Assembly: GCA_016186995.1 (NCBI GenBank)
Contig: JACPKQ010000020.1
Location: 9,330 to 73,329, forward strand
Reading direction: 5' to 3'
Origin: Deltaproteobacteria bacterium
Lineage (GTDB): Bacteria; Bdellovibrionota; JACOXK01
DNA: 64,000 nt
Made by a program: the position numbers and the translations under genes
Part shown: in pieces, positions 39,163 through 49,089 of the stretch
Position numbering within the stretch: the first letter of the stretch is position 1
Layout of the letters: each line of letters opens with the position of its first letter
The notes under the pieces: generated by a model
Told to the model about the DNA's origin: nothing
Databases searched by the model: none
Seen by the model: the letters and a program-made list of their open reading frames with translations, nothing else

Positions 39163-39674
39163 AAAATATCCTGGATCCCAGCCTTCGCTGGGATGACACT
39201 CCTTGTCATTCCCGCGGAGACGGGAATCTTATTTGATTTAGTTTTTTCTAAAAGGCGAATGTTTTCAAAAAACATGTTTTTATCTACCGCCTTACACATG
39301 TCATAAATCGTTAACAAAGCCACGTTCACTGCCGTTAAGGCTTCCATTTCAACCCCTGTTTTGGCACTTGTTATGACTTGAGCTTGCACTTCAATCCCCC
39401 CTTCTTGAAATTCAAAATCTATACTCACATGATCTAAGTTAAGAGAATGACAAAGAGGAATAAGATCTGCTGTTTTTTTAGCCGCTTGAATACCTGCAAT
39501 GCGAGCACAAGCAAATACACTTCCTTTAGGTATTTTTTCATTTCGAATTTTTTCTAAAACAGATGGCGACATTTTAATAAAACCTCGAGCCCGAGCATAT
39601 CTCTCAACAATAGGTTTAGCCTGCACCGGAACCTGTCTGATTTCTCCTTTTTTATCTAAATGTGTCAATTTCAT
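39159..39674 (-). CDS. moaC: cPMP synthase MoaC
   Basis: LTHLD, LIPLCH, TGVEMEAL, YDMCKAVD. Confidence 0.95.
   Translation of the reverse strand: MKLTHLDKKGEIRQVPVQAKPIVERYARARGFIKMSPSVLEKIRNEKIPKGSVFACARIAGIQAAKKTADLIPLCHSLNLDHVSIDFEFQEGGIEVQAQVITSAKTGVEMEALTAVNVALLTIYDMCKAVDKNMFFENIRLLEKTKSNKIPVSAGMTRSVIPAKAGIQDIL
39171..39229. repeat. Inverted pair of GTCA-footed repeats encoding the MoaC C-terminus
   Basis: CTGGATCCCAGCCTTCGCTGGGATGAC-ACTCCTT-GTCATTCCCGCGGAGACGGGAATCT. Confidence 0.88.
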
Positions 39675-39686
39675 ACTTCTCCTTTG

Positions 39687-40913
39687 TTAAGCCTCCAAGG
39701 GATAGACACTCACAAGTGTATCTTGAAGTACTGTGTCAGAACCTTCTGGTATTGAAATAAAACAATTTGCAAGGGATAAAGAAAGCACATTACCCGAAGA
39801 GAGTTTTAAAGGTGTGACACTTTCAACCCCTAAGTTACTTTTAAGAACTCCTGGAATAAAAACATGTCTTTTTTGTTGGTGAATTTCTTCTGTTACATAA
39901 GCATTTTTTTCCTCTAAAAAATAACAACAACGATTTTGCATTTTACAAATGAGGGGATAAATAAAATGGTAGAATCCCACTTGAGCAGATAAAGGATTAC
40001 CAGGTAGTCCAAAAATAAATGTGTCCGCTTTTCTTGAAAATAAAATAGGTTTTCCTGGTTTTATGGATACTTTATGAAAAATAATACGAGCTCCCAACTC
40101 CTCTAAAATTTCTTTAACAAAATCGTGTTTTCCTACAGAAACACCACCTGTTAAAATAAGAAACTGAGGTTCTTTTAAAAAAATTTGTTTTATTTTTTCA
40201 GAAAGTTTGAAAGGTTCATCTGGAGATATACCTTCGTCTTCAAATTCACATCCCTCTTTTTGAAAAAGTCCTAGAAGAGAAAAGGCATTGCTATTATAAA
40301 TGTGATGTTCTTGTCTTTGCTCTTCGAGAGAAATAATCTCATTCCCCGTTGCAAGATAAGAAACTTTAACCTTCTTATAAACAGACAGCCTTTTCTCACC
40401 AAAGCTTGCAAGCACTCCTAAATCATTCGGTTCTATTTTTTTTCCTTTTCTAAAAATAAGACTCCCTTTTTGAATGTATTCACCTTGAAGTCGAATATGT
40501 GATCCTTTGTGGCAAGGCTTTGAAAAATAAGCCTGATCTCCTTTTACTTGAACTTCTTCTTTCATCACAACAGAATCAGCGCCTTGAGGTAACGGAGCTC
40601 CCGTTGCAATTTCTTGGACAAAACCTTCTTGAAGAACAGAAAAGGAAGAGCCTGCACTTTGATAAGATTGAATCGGCAAACTTTGAGGGTTTTCTCGAGA
40701 GGCACTTTCCACATCTTCTGCCCTCACAGCAAAACCATCCATTGCAGAGTTTGTAAAAACAGGCTGATCAAAACGAGCAAAAAGTGAGTGCTCTAAAATA
40801 CGACCTACTGATTCTTGCAAGTTTATTACTTCAACCCCCAACTCTTTATTTGATTCACGGGTGATCCTTTGCTGTGCTTCTTTAAGACTTATCATGGCAG
40901 TATTATCCTCCAA
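39687..40913 (-). CDS. moeA: Molybdopterin molybdotransferase
   Basis: SAMDGFA, TGAPLP, TGGVSVG, KPGKP, LPGNP. Confidence 0.94.
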   Translation of the reverse strand: MEDNTAMISLKEAQQRITRESNKELGVEVINLQESVGRILEHSLFARFDQPVFTNSAMDGFAVRAEDVESASRENPQSLPIQSYQSAGSSFSVLQEGFVQEIATGAPLPQGADSVVMKEEVQVKGDQAYFSKPCHKGSHIRLQGEYIQKGSLIFRKGKKIEPNDLGVLASFGEKRLSVYKKVKVSYLATGNEIISLEEQRQEHHIYNSNAFSLLGLFQKEGCEFEDEGISPDEPFKLSEKIKQIFLKEPQFLILTGGVSVGKHDFVKEILEELGARIIFHKVSIKPGKPILFSRKADTFIFGLPGNPLSAQVGFYHFIYPLICKMQNRCCYFLEEKNAYVTEEIHQQKRHVFIPGVLKSNLGVESVTPLKLSSGNVLSLSLANCFISIPEGSDTVLQDTLVSVYPLEA

Positions 40914-41892
40914 TATTTACAAAACTTTGTACATTTCCAATTTGTCCCTTTCCTAAATCATGGTGTTTGGGTTTCAATCGTAAGTTTTCTATTAATGTCT
41001 CTTCTAGTTTTTTCTCCCAATGCGAAGAACGTAAAATAGAAAGAAGATTTCTATCTTCCTGGCTAAAGAGGCACAGTTTGAGATCTCCTTTGGCTGTTAT
41101 CCTGATTCTATTACATTTATCACAAAAATTATGTGATAAAGGAGAAATAAAACCAATTTCTCCTTTTCCCCCATCCACTTTAAAATAAGAAGAAGGCCCG
41201 GTTTGTTCTTTTTGAATTTTGGGGGTTAAAGAAAACTTTTCTTTTATTCTTAAAAGCGCCTCATGATTTGAAAAATAATAAACTTGATGCTCAGCTTGAG
41301 TAAAACCTGTCGGCATAAACTCAATAAACCGTACAATAAAAGGATAGTGAATAGAAAATCTTACAAAATCAAAAAGCTCTTCATCATTCATACCCTTGAC
41401 AAGAACGGCGTTTATTTTAATAGGCTCCAAACCTACGTCATAGGCTTTCACAATACCTTTTTTGACTCTTTCTAAACTTAAAGTTTGCGTTATTTTTTGA
41501 AAAGATTTTTCATTTAGAGAATCAAGACTTACATTGACTCTGTGAAGGCCTGCTTCTTTTAAATCAAAGGCTTTCTTTTCAAGAAAAAAACCATTTGTAA
41601 TCAAAGAAATATCTTGAATATAAGAATTGTCGCGCAAAACCCTCACAATATCTACAATATCTTTTCTCAAGAGAGGTTCTCCCCCAGTAAGTTTAACTTT
41701 TCTAATCCCTAGTCTTCCTAAAACAATAAAAAGTTTTTCGATATCAGCAACTGTTAAATAAGAATGATCAGGTACAAATTCTTGTTTAAAAAGTGAAGGT
41801 CTGCAATAAAAACATTGAAAATTACACTTATCAGTCACAGAAAGTCTTACGTAATCAATTTTTCTATTGTATGGATCAATGAGTTGCTTCAT
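40903..41892 (-). CDS. moaA: GTP 3',8-cyclase
   Basis: CNFQCFYC radical SAM motif, FCDKCNR...C, terminal IGG. Confidence 0.96.
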   Translation of the reverse strand: MKQLIDPYNRKIDYVRLSVTDKCNFQCFYCRPSLFKQEFVPDHSYLTVADIEKLFIVLGRLGIRKVKLTGGEPLLRKDIVDIVRVLRDNSYIQDISLITNGFFLEKKAFDLKEAGLHRVNVSLDSLNEKSFQKITQTLSLERVKKGIVKAYDVGLEPIKINAVLVKGMNDEELFDFVRFSIHYPFIVRFIEFMPTGFTQAEHQVYYFSNHEALLRIKEKFSLTPKIQKEQTGPSSYFKVDGGKGEIGFISPLSHNFCDKCNRIRITAKGDLKLCLFSQEDRNLLSILRSSHWEKKLEETLIENLRLKPKHHDLGKGQIGNVQSFVNIGG

Positions 41893-43095
41893 AAATACCT
41901 TTTCTTAAATATTGAACTCCATAATAAACACCACTACCCACTAAAAGAGCTCCTCCTGCATGCCAAAATACAAAAGCACAACTTGTAGCCACTAAAGACA
42001 CAACTTCTTTAAAACCACGAATTAAAAAAGCGCGCTTACAAAGATCAAAAGCTGGAAATATAAATAAAATCCCCAAAAGAGGTTTTGGGAAGTGTGTTGC
42101 AAGGGTCAAGAAAAAAGAACCTAATAAAAGTGCAACGGTTATTTTTAAAAAGCCCAAAAATACAATACTAAAACCAGTACGCGCTCCAAATATCATTTGT
42201 GCTGCTAAGCCCCCTGCACCATGACACGAAGGCATACCTCCAAAGGGGCACGTCAGTAAGTTGACCAAACCTACAGATTTTGAGATCTCTGAAACACCCA
42301 CATGAGATTGTGGAAACTCATCTTGAATGAGAAGTGCTGGAGAAAAAATAGAGTTAGCCATTGTGAGGGGAAGCTGAATAAGGATCAGCAACAATATTGT
42401 TTGAGTACTGGATGACATGAAAGAATCGGGGGATGACAATAATGGTAGTTGGAGAAACTCTAATGAAAACCCTATATGAGGAAAAGCAAGCACCCCACTG
42501 TCAGATAAAACAAAAATACCAAAACCAAAAATTAAAAAAGTGAGAAGAAATTGTAATTTATGAAAGAAAAAGAACAAAAAGAAAATGACAAAAAAGAATA
42601 AGATCCCTATTAAGACACCCTCGCCCCACTCCTCTCCCATCAAGGGAGAGGGCGTTGAGAAGATTAATTCGAAGGCTTTTTTTAAAAAAACAATTCCCAA
42701 GCCCAGTTGGATCCCTCGAATGACAGCTTGTGGAAAAAAACGATAGAGTTTTTCGAAAAGATGGAGGTCATTCAAAATAAGGATCACAACTCCCAAACAA
42801 AAACCTGCCAAGAGTAACTCTCCTTGAGAAACTCCGTAAGTAATAGCGTAAAGCCCCATTGCCTTCATAGGCTGCAAAGGAAGTGGAATTTTAAAGATAA
42901 ACCCAATCACAATGTGACAAAGACCACTCCAAAAAAGAATACTTAAAGGGTTAAAACCTGCATGTTGTGACAAACCCACTATGAGTATAAAAAAAAGTGG
43001 AAGATCTCCAAGTGCACCTGAAATTTCATGAATATAAAAAGAAAGCTTGTTCAAAAAATCTCCTTTCCAAACTTGGGGAGGAAGAAGCGTTTCCA
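41876..43095 (-). CDS. MOT1-family molybdate transporter
   Basis: GALGD, PLQPMK, FGGMPSCHGAGGLAAQ..FG; heads the Moco operon; likely start 43095. Confidence 0.82.
42617..42654 (+). repeat. CCCTC-family palindrome, in frame in the MOT1 gene
   Basis: ACCCTCGCCCCACTCCTCTCCC-ATCAA-GGGAGAGGG encodes PSPLMGEEWGEG; same loop as the 26050 copy. Confidence 0.8.
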
Positions 43096-43129
43096 TTTCT
43101 TCCCTATCGGTCTTAAACCTTAACAACAA

Positions 43130-43155
43130 TGGATCCCCGTTTTCACGGGGATGAC
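43130..43155 (-). repeat. GTCA-footed repeat in the likely leader of the Moco operon
   Basis: Minus strand GTCATCCCCGTGAAAACGGGGATCCA. Confidence 0.8.
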
Positions 43156-43203
43156 ATTCTGCCGTAGGTTTTAAGACTCGGAGAATCAAACTCTATCGTA
43201 CCG

Positions 43204-43246
43204 AAGTTATCACGCTTTGGAAGGAAAAAAATATGACCTAGATCAA
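43204..43246 (-). promoter_or_regulatory. Class II Crp/Fnr-dependent promoter for the Moco operon
   Basis: ATGACCTAGATCAA (43233-43246), 23 nt from -10 TAACTT with TGn extension. Confidence 0.62.
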
Positions 43247-43280
43247 TTTTACTAATATAAATTATATACTTCGTGAGTAT

Positions 43281-43329
43281 ACCCTTCACTCTCGTTCAGG
43301 GTGACAGGGGGTTTCCAGGGATGACAAAG
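43281..43329 (-). repeat. Composite GTCA-footed repeat upstream of porin-like gene
   Basis: Minus strand GTCACCCTGAACGAGAGTGAAGGGT plus partial GTCATCCCTGG; segments shared with 56851 and 61623. Confidence 0.7.
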
Positions 43330-43384
43330 AGGGAAAGGGAGATGATAATAAGAGAAGTGAGTACAGTTAAAAAAAGGAGACAAG

Positions 43385-44527
43385 ATGAGAATAAAAATCA
43401 CACGTTTTTTTGTAGGTGGATTCTTTTTATTAAGCTTATGGACGATGCCACAAGTAAGAGCTGAAAATAATGTAACTTTAGCTAACGTTTTGACAAAGTT
43501 AAAAATTAAAGGACGTGCAGCCATGGGGTATCTGAGAGGTGGGCGTATGTCTTCTTTTCCATCGGGTTCTTTTGACATCCCTGATGCAAAAATTATTTTT
43601 AATTTTTTTCCTGATAATAATATTGATTTAACAGCTCGTTTCAACCTGAATAATGCTGGTGGATCCGCTGCCTCAGGTGCTACGAATGCTCCTTTAGTCG
43701 ATTATCTTTATATACAAGGCAAAGATTTCATACCTTCTTTAAAAGGTACCCCTTGGAGTTTGAATGGTAGGCTTGGAAGGGCAAAAATAGGGGTTGGAGA
43801 AGAAACCTGGTCAGATAACCCTATTGAAGGACCTTTGCCCTCTAACTCTGCTGCAGCCTTAGGTGGAAGTGATGAACTGGTAGAACTTTCTGGAAAATTT
43901 TGGGCTGTGAGTATTGGAAATGGAAGCCGAGGGGTTGTAACAGATACAAGTGTTGCTAAAGCTGTTTATGCAAGGCTTTTTTATACACCCTTAGATTCTT
44001 TGTATATCAGTGGATATTATTACAACTCAGGACAACTTGGAATAACTTCATCAGAAGCCTCTATTGCAGGGCTTGTAGCAGTACCTGCCGGTGCAACAAA
44101 TTGGAAACGGCAGGTGTGGGGTGGAGATATACGGTATGATTTTAAAAAAGGGAAAAAATTTGTAAAACCCCTCTTTTTTTCTGATAGTAAAGCTGCTTTT
44201 CGCGTTTCGTTAGCTCAATTTAAAGATAGTGTAAGGGGTGCGGCTAATAGAAATGGAACATTTGGGCACATCGATGGCATTTATAATTTTACATCATCAT
44301 TTTTTGTGGCAGCGCGACTCAGTGGCATTCAATTAGCGGGCTCACAAACACAATCTATAAATACCGTAACAACCCATTATTATGGGCGTGCCTCTTTAGG
44401 TGGTGGTTATCGTTGGTCAGACAATGTTTGTGTAAAGCTCAGTTACGATTACAACAAAAATGGAGGGGCTGGCACTAACGATGCCAATGATGATTTAGTT
44501 TCAGTGCTTCTCACGATGGCATTGTAA
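43385..44527 (+). CDS. Putative outer-membrane beta-barrel/porin
   Basis: Signal peptide (VRA-E), alternating beta-strand pattern, Gly/Ser/aromatic-rich; AAGGAG RBS. Confidence 0.6.
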   Translation: MRIKITRFFVGGFFLLSLWTMPQVRAENNVTLANVLTKLKIKGRAAMGYLRGGRMSSFPSGSFDIPDAKIIFNFFPDNNIDLTARFNLNNAGGSAASGATNAPLVDYLYIQGKDFIPSLKGTPWSLNGRLGRAKIGVGEETWSDNPIEGPLPSNSAAALGGSDELVELSGKFWAVSIGNGSRGVVTDTSVAKAVYARLFYTPLDSLYISGYYYNSGQLGITSSEASIAGLVAVPAGATNWKRQVWGGDIRYDFKKGKKFVKPLFFSDSKAAFRVSLAQFKDSVRGAANRNGTFGHIDGIYNFTSSFFVAARLSGIQLAGSQTQSINTVTTHYYGRASLGGGYRWSDNVCVKLSYDYNKNGGAGTNDANDDLVSVLLTMAL

Positions 44528-44551
44528 CGAATTATCGTCGAAAAATATGGC

Positions 44552-45220
44552 CTAGATCGAGAACTTTTTATAGAGTTTCAGGCTTGCTTCAATATCATTC
44601 GAACTCACATGTTTATGAGATAAAGGAAGGATGATATTATCCTCTCTGAAAATATGAAGTCTCACCGTTTCTATGAGTGACTTTCCCTGCTCGAGCGCAG
44701 TATCTAAAACAACAATAGAAGATTTTTCTTGGGGTAAGCGAGGTGCCATCCCTAAAAGATTAAAACACACGGAGGCCGTTTGAAGAATTTTTATATGATC
44801 TTCCTCCATCATATCTACCGGGGTCATAGGGGCCTCATTATGACTGTGCTCGCCATTCTCTAACAATTTTTTATGAAGAAGAGGAAAAAGAATTTTCTCT
44901 TCTTTTTGATGATGTTTCAAAAACTCAGAATCAAAAAACTGAAAAAATTCTTTAAATTGATGAAAACTTTCCTTTCGCGGCCCCTTTTCTTGAACACTTA
45001 AGAGAGCTTCTTCAAATTGATCAAGTTCTTTTTTGAATTTAATATGTTCATCGTTAAGTTTTTGTAAAAAAGGGTGCATATCTTGATAAGCAACCAGTTC
45101 TTCCTTTTTAAGTGGTTCGTAGCTGTCGGGTGGGTCCATTGGGGAAAACTCCAGAGTTTCTAGATTTTTTGCAACACTTCTTTGTAAGGGATCATTTTTT
45201 TGTGTTTCACGTAAGTCCAT
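44552..45220 (-). CDS. Hemerythrin-domain protein
   Basis: DEH, HHQKEE..LFP, EEDH, HIFREDN; start 45220 after AAGGAG. Confidence 0.85.
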   Translation of the reverse strand: MDLRETQKNDPLQRSVAKNLETLEFSPMDPPDSYEPLKKEELVAYQDMHPFLQKLNDEHIKFKKELDQFEEALLSVQEKGPRKESFHQFKEFFQFFDSEFLKHHQKEEKILFPLLHKKLLENGEHSHNEAPMTPVDMMEEDHIKILQTASVCFNLLGMAPRLPQEKSSIVVLDTALEQGKSLIETVRLHIFREDNIILPLSHKHVSSNDIEASLKLYKKFSI

Positions 45221-45292
45221 TTTTTTCTCCTTTGAGTAGGGCGACGGAAAACTCGAATTCATGAGAGAGAGGGGGTATGTTTTCAATGACGG

Positions 45293-46846
45293 TTAGCACT
45301 TTACCTCCGAGTTTGTGCGATCGTAATACCACCAATTCAAAACAAGACAAATAAAATAATAAAGTGCAAAACCATACAGTGCATACTCGGGATGCCCTAT
45401 TTTAATTTGCTTTCCAAATACTTGCGGAATAATAAAAGCCCCATAAGCTGCGATTGCTGAAGTCCACCCTAATACCGGACCTGCTTGATTTTTTTCAAAA
45501 ATATAGGGAATACTTCTAAAAGTAGAACCATTTCCAATTCCTGTAGTAATAAATAAAATAAGAAATAAAATGAGAAACGGAAAAAAATAAGTCTCAGGGG
45601 TTGTAGCTGTACGAGCACTCACCGTGCAATAAGCAACACCCAAAGCGGCGCCAATCATGGCGACCGTTGTCCAATGAGTCACTTTAGAACCACTCTGGAT
45701 TTTATCAGAAAGCCACCCACCTATAGGGCGAACAAGAGAACCGACTAAGGGGCCTAACCAGGCATAAGCAAAAGGATTCGGTGCATGTGGATTTAAAGAA
45801 CCATTGGGCAATACCCCAAAAATATCTTGAATCAATTTTGGAAAAGCTGCCGAGTAACCAATAAAGGAACCGAATGTCATGGTATAAATAACCGTCATCA
45901 CCCAATTATGCTTATTATTAAAAATAGCAAATTGTTTATGAAGATTGCTTTTAAGCTCTCCAGGTGAAAGATACTTCATGAAAAGAACAGTCAGAAAAAT
46001 GGTAATAGGTAAAACAATCCACATATTCCATTGAAGTTGTAGTAAAAGAATAAGCCCTATTGCGGCAGCCACCCCCCCCAAAGCGATGAGAAACAAAATT
46101 TTCCCGAAACTTACAAGTGTCGAACCTAACTCAGGTGAAGCTCCCAATAAATTATTCATCCCGAAAAAGGAGGCAACTGCAATCACGATCAGAATAGGCA
46201 CCCATGTAAACCCACAGTTTTGAATATAAATAAAAGTTTCTTTTAAAATTTGCCCTTCACCACCTAAAACACCAAACAAAGCAAAACCCATGGTCAAGGG
46301 AAGCAGAACTTGCATCACACTGACACCCAGATTTCCAAGACCTGCATTTAAGCCCAATGCAGTTCCTTGCATGCTTTTAGGAAAGAAAAAACTAATATTT
46401 GACATGGACGAAGCAAAGTTACCCCCACCAAAACCAGAAAGTGCAGCTAAGACAGCAAAAATCATATAGGAAGTATTCTTATCTTGAAGTGCTACTCCAA
46501 CACCTACTGTTGGAATAAGAAGTAAGGCTGTTGTGAGGAAAATGACATTCCTTCCACCGCCAATGGCTATTAAAAAAGAATTAGGAATTCTAAACGTAGC
46601 CCCAGCAAGACCTGCGATAGCAGGAAGTGTGTAGAAAAGAGCCCGATTCGCAGCTGGATCTGGATCAAATACAAAACCCAAATTTTGCATCTGAACAATA
46701 ATAATGCTCCAGATCATCCACACAGCAAAGGCAAGCAAAAGACAAGGAATGGATATAAGAAGATTACGCATCGCACTTTTTTTACCTTGAGAATTCCAAA
46801 ACTTTAGATCTTCCACATTCCATTCTTTAATATTTACTGATTTCAT
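45293..46846 (-). CDS. narK: Nitrate/nitrite transporter (NarK2 type)
   Basis: GFGGGNFASSM, GLGNLG, GIGNGSTF; start after GAGGAG. Confidence 0.92.
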   Translation of the reverse strand: MKSVNIKEWNVEDLKFWNSQGKKSAMRNLLISIPCLLLAFAVWMIWSIIIVQMQNLGFVFDPDPAANRALFYTLPAIAGLAGATFRIPNSFLIAIGGGRNVIFLTTALLLIPTVGVGVALQDKNTSYMIFAVLAALSGFGGGNFASSMSNISFFFPKSMQGTALGLNAGLGNLGVSVMQVLLPLTMGFALFGVLGGEGQILKETFIYIQNCGFTWVPILIVIAVASFFGMNNLLGASPELGSTLVSFGKILFLIALGGVAAAIGLILLLQLQWNMWIVLPITIFLTVLFMKYLSPGELKSNLHKQFAIFNNKHNWVMTVIYTMTFGSFIGYSAAFPKLIQDIFGVLPNGSLNPHAPNPFAYAWLGPLVGSLVRPIGGWLSDKIQSGSKVTHWTTVAMIGAALGVAYCTVSARTATTPETYFFPFLILFLILFITTGIGNGSTFRSIPYIFEKNQAGPVLGWTSAIAAYGAFIIPQVFGKQIKIGHPEYALYGFALYYFICLVLNWWYYDRTNSEVKC

Positions 46847-46848
46847 GA

Positions 46849-48345
46849 TCACTCCTCTGCAAATGCATCTTCGTGTTCTTTGAGAAAAAAAGCACAATAT
46901 ATAAAACTAAAAAAAGCCCCTACTGCTACACAATAAAAAAAGGTTTTATCATCAACCAACGAATACAAAACAAGATAGAAGACAGCGCCCACATTACCAT
47001 AGGCCCCTGCCATACCTGCAACCTGTCCTGTCATTCTTCGATTCACTGTGGGAATAATAGCATAGGTTGCCCCTTCAGCTCCTTGAACAAACACGGAACA
47101 AAGAATGGTAATGACAATAGCAACAATAAGCCACACATTTCCTGAAAACTGGGGAATCACTGTTTGAACACCATCAACAATAGGCCCCCATTTTCCGATA
47201 AAGCCCATTGCCAGAAAACCACACGTAATTCCAACCATGTAAATCAACATTGTACGTTTCCGGTGCCCCATGCGATCAGAGAGCCACCCCCCCAAAGGAC
47301 GTGCAAACAGATTCACAAAGGCAAAGGAAGAAGCAATTAAACCAGCTGCTGTCGCGCTCACAGTAAAGACTTTTTCAAAAAACATTGGCAACATGGAAAC
47401 AACAGCAAGTTCTGCACCAAAGTTTGCAAAATAGGTAGTATTGAGAGCCGCTACATTACTCCACGCATATTTATCTTTTTCTGCGACCCCCTTCTGCAAA
47501 ATAGGAAGATTAACATGTAATACCTTTAAGCAATGCACAATGTAAACAAGCCCTAAACCCCAGTAAACAACATAGATGTATTGGGTTCCTACGATTCCCC
47601 CTATGCGCCATGTTAGAAGACCGAGAGCTCCCATTAACGGAGCTGACCATATGAGGTATTGGAATAAATCCACATAAGAAGACACAGTCATTGGCTGAAC
47701 TTTTTCTACTTTTCTAAAGTGAAATAATTTGCTGACACCTGATTGAGGCACATCACGCACAAGAAAATAATACATAACACCGTAAACCAAACATACAAAA
47801 CCATTAAGTGCCATAGCATAACGCCAACCATCCGTATAAGAACCAAAAAGTGTAAGAGCAACCCACGGTAAAGTCATCGCGGCAAAGGCTGAACCAAAGT
47901 TTCCCCAACCCGCATAAAATCCCTGAGCAAAACCAACATGCTTAGGAGGAACCCACTGTGCAACCATTTTAATTCCAATTACAAAACTGGTGCCAATAAC
48001 ACTGAGAACCAAACGCGAAATAAGTAGTTGAGCAAATGTATTACCAAATGCAAATACAAACGTTGGAATAGACATCGCAACCAGAAGTAGCGAGAAAATG
48101 AGCCTCGGTCCAAAGCGATCAATGAGTGCTCCGATAATAACCCGTCCTGGAATTGTAAGTGCAACATTGCAAATCGCAAAAATCTTCAGATGTTCAGCAG
48201 TCAGCCACCCCACATTTTTCAACATAGTTGTCGCAAGAGGAGCCATGTTAAACCATACATAGAATGAAATAAAAAAAGCAATCCAGGTAAAGTGAATAAC
48301 TCTAATTTCTTCTCTATCAATTTTAAAAAGATCTCTTACTTTCAT
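46849..48345 (-). CDS. narK: Nitrate transporter (NarK1/NRT2-like MFS)
   Basis: WFNMAP, AGWGNFG, NFGAELA, AGAYGNVG. Confidence 0.9.
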   Translation of the reverse strand: MKVRDLFKIDREEIRVIHFTWIAFFISFYVWFNMAPLATTMLKNVGWLTAEHLKIFAICNVALTIPGRVIIGALIDRFGPRLIFSLLLVAMSIPTFVFAFGNTFAQLLISRLVLSVIGTSFVIGIKMVAQWVPPKHVGFAQGFYAGWGNFGSAFAAMTLPWVALTLFGSYTDGWRYAMALNGFVCLVYGVMYYFLVRDVPQSGVSKLFHFRKVEKVQPMTVSSYVDLFQYLIWSAPLMGALGLLTWRIGGIVGTQYIYVVYWGLGLVYIVHCLKVLHVNLPILQKGVAEKDKYAWSNVAALNTTYFANFGAELAVVSMLPMFFEKVFTVSATAAGLIASSFAFVNLFARPLGGWLSDRMGHRKRTMLIYMVGITCGFLAMGFIGKWGPIVDGVQTVIPQFSGNVWLIVAIVITILCSVFVQGAEGATYAIIPTVNRRMTGQVAGMAGAYGNVGAVFYLVLYSLVDDKTFFYCVAVGAFFSFIYCAFFLKEHEDAFAEE

Positions 48346-48360
48346 CAAAGTTTCTTCAAA

Positions 48361-49089
48361 TTAATTGTTCCGTGGACGAGTCACCGTCCACACCGTTTCA
48401 GCTCGACGCACCTTTTTTCGATCCCAATACCAAATGACAACTTGATAAGGCCTCCACACATAATGCAAAGGCACCATAAGAAAATGAATCAATCTTGTAA
48501 AAGGAACCAAAAGAATGATGAGAAATGCTCCTACAATATGAAGCTTAATCACCCAAGGCATCGCTTGCACAGCTCCTATTTCCGGGTTGAATTTAAAAAT
48601 CGACCACAGATAAGGGGAGAGATCAGCCGCAAACCACGATGATCCCCAACGATAACCTAAGGCACTCCAACAACCTAAAATCACTTGTGCTAATAATAAA
48701 AACTCAATAAAAATATCTGCGGGGCTTGTGACAACACGAATGCGCGCCTGGGAAAGACGTCTTACAATAAGTCCTACAAGACCTACGAGAACTAAAACCC
48801 CGAAAGTAAAAGCAGTGACTTCAAGAATAATGAGACGAATAGGCTGACTATTCCACAAAAGTTGTGTTTTTGGAAACATAAAAGCAAGAAGATGACCGAA
48901 AAAAACAACCACAATACCCCAGTGAAAAGGCACAGACCCCCAAAAAAGTTTTCTTCCCTCTAAAAACTGGCTTGAAAAAGAAGAAACTGTAAAGCCCGAT
49001 TGGCGATAACGATAAATACAGCCAATCGCAAAAATAACGAGAGCTAAATAAGGTAATGCCACAAACAAAAAACTATCTAACATATTCAT
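48361..49089 (-). CDS. narI: Respiratory nitrate reductase gamma subunit
   Basis: SSQFLE, FHWG, GH, LH, PFTRLIH, RPYQ. Confidence 0.93.
   Translation of the reverse strand: MNMLDSFLFVALPYLALVIFAIGCIYRYRQSGFTVSSFSSQFLEGRKLFWGSVPFHWGIVVVFFGHLLAFMFPKTQLLWNSQPIRLIILEVTAFTFGVLVLVGLVGLIVRRLSQARIRVVTSPADIFIEFLLLAQVILGCWSALGYRWGSSWFAADLSPYLWSIFKFNPEIGAVQAMPWVIKLHIVGAFLIILLVPFTRLIHFLMVPLHYVWRPYQVVIWYWDRKKVRRAETVWTVTRPRNN

Noticed and set aside
43096-43189. N-terminal extension of the MOT1 ORF including CHPRENGDP
   Set aside because: Probably untranslated leader: ATG 43095 has a purine-rich RBS and the predicted promoter is just upstream.
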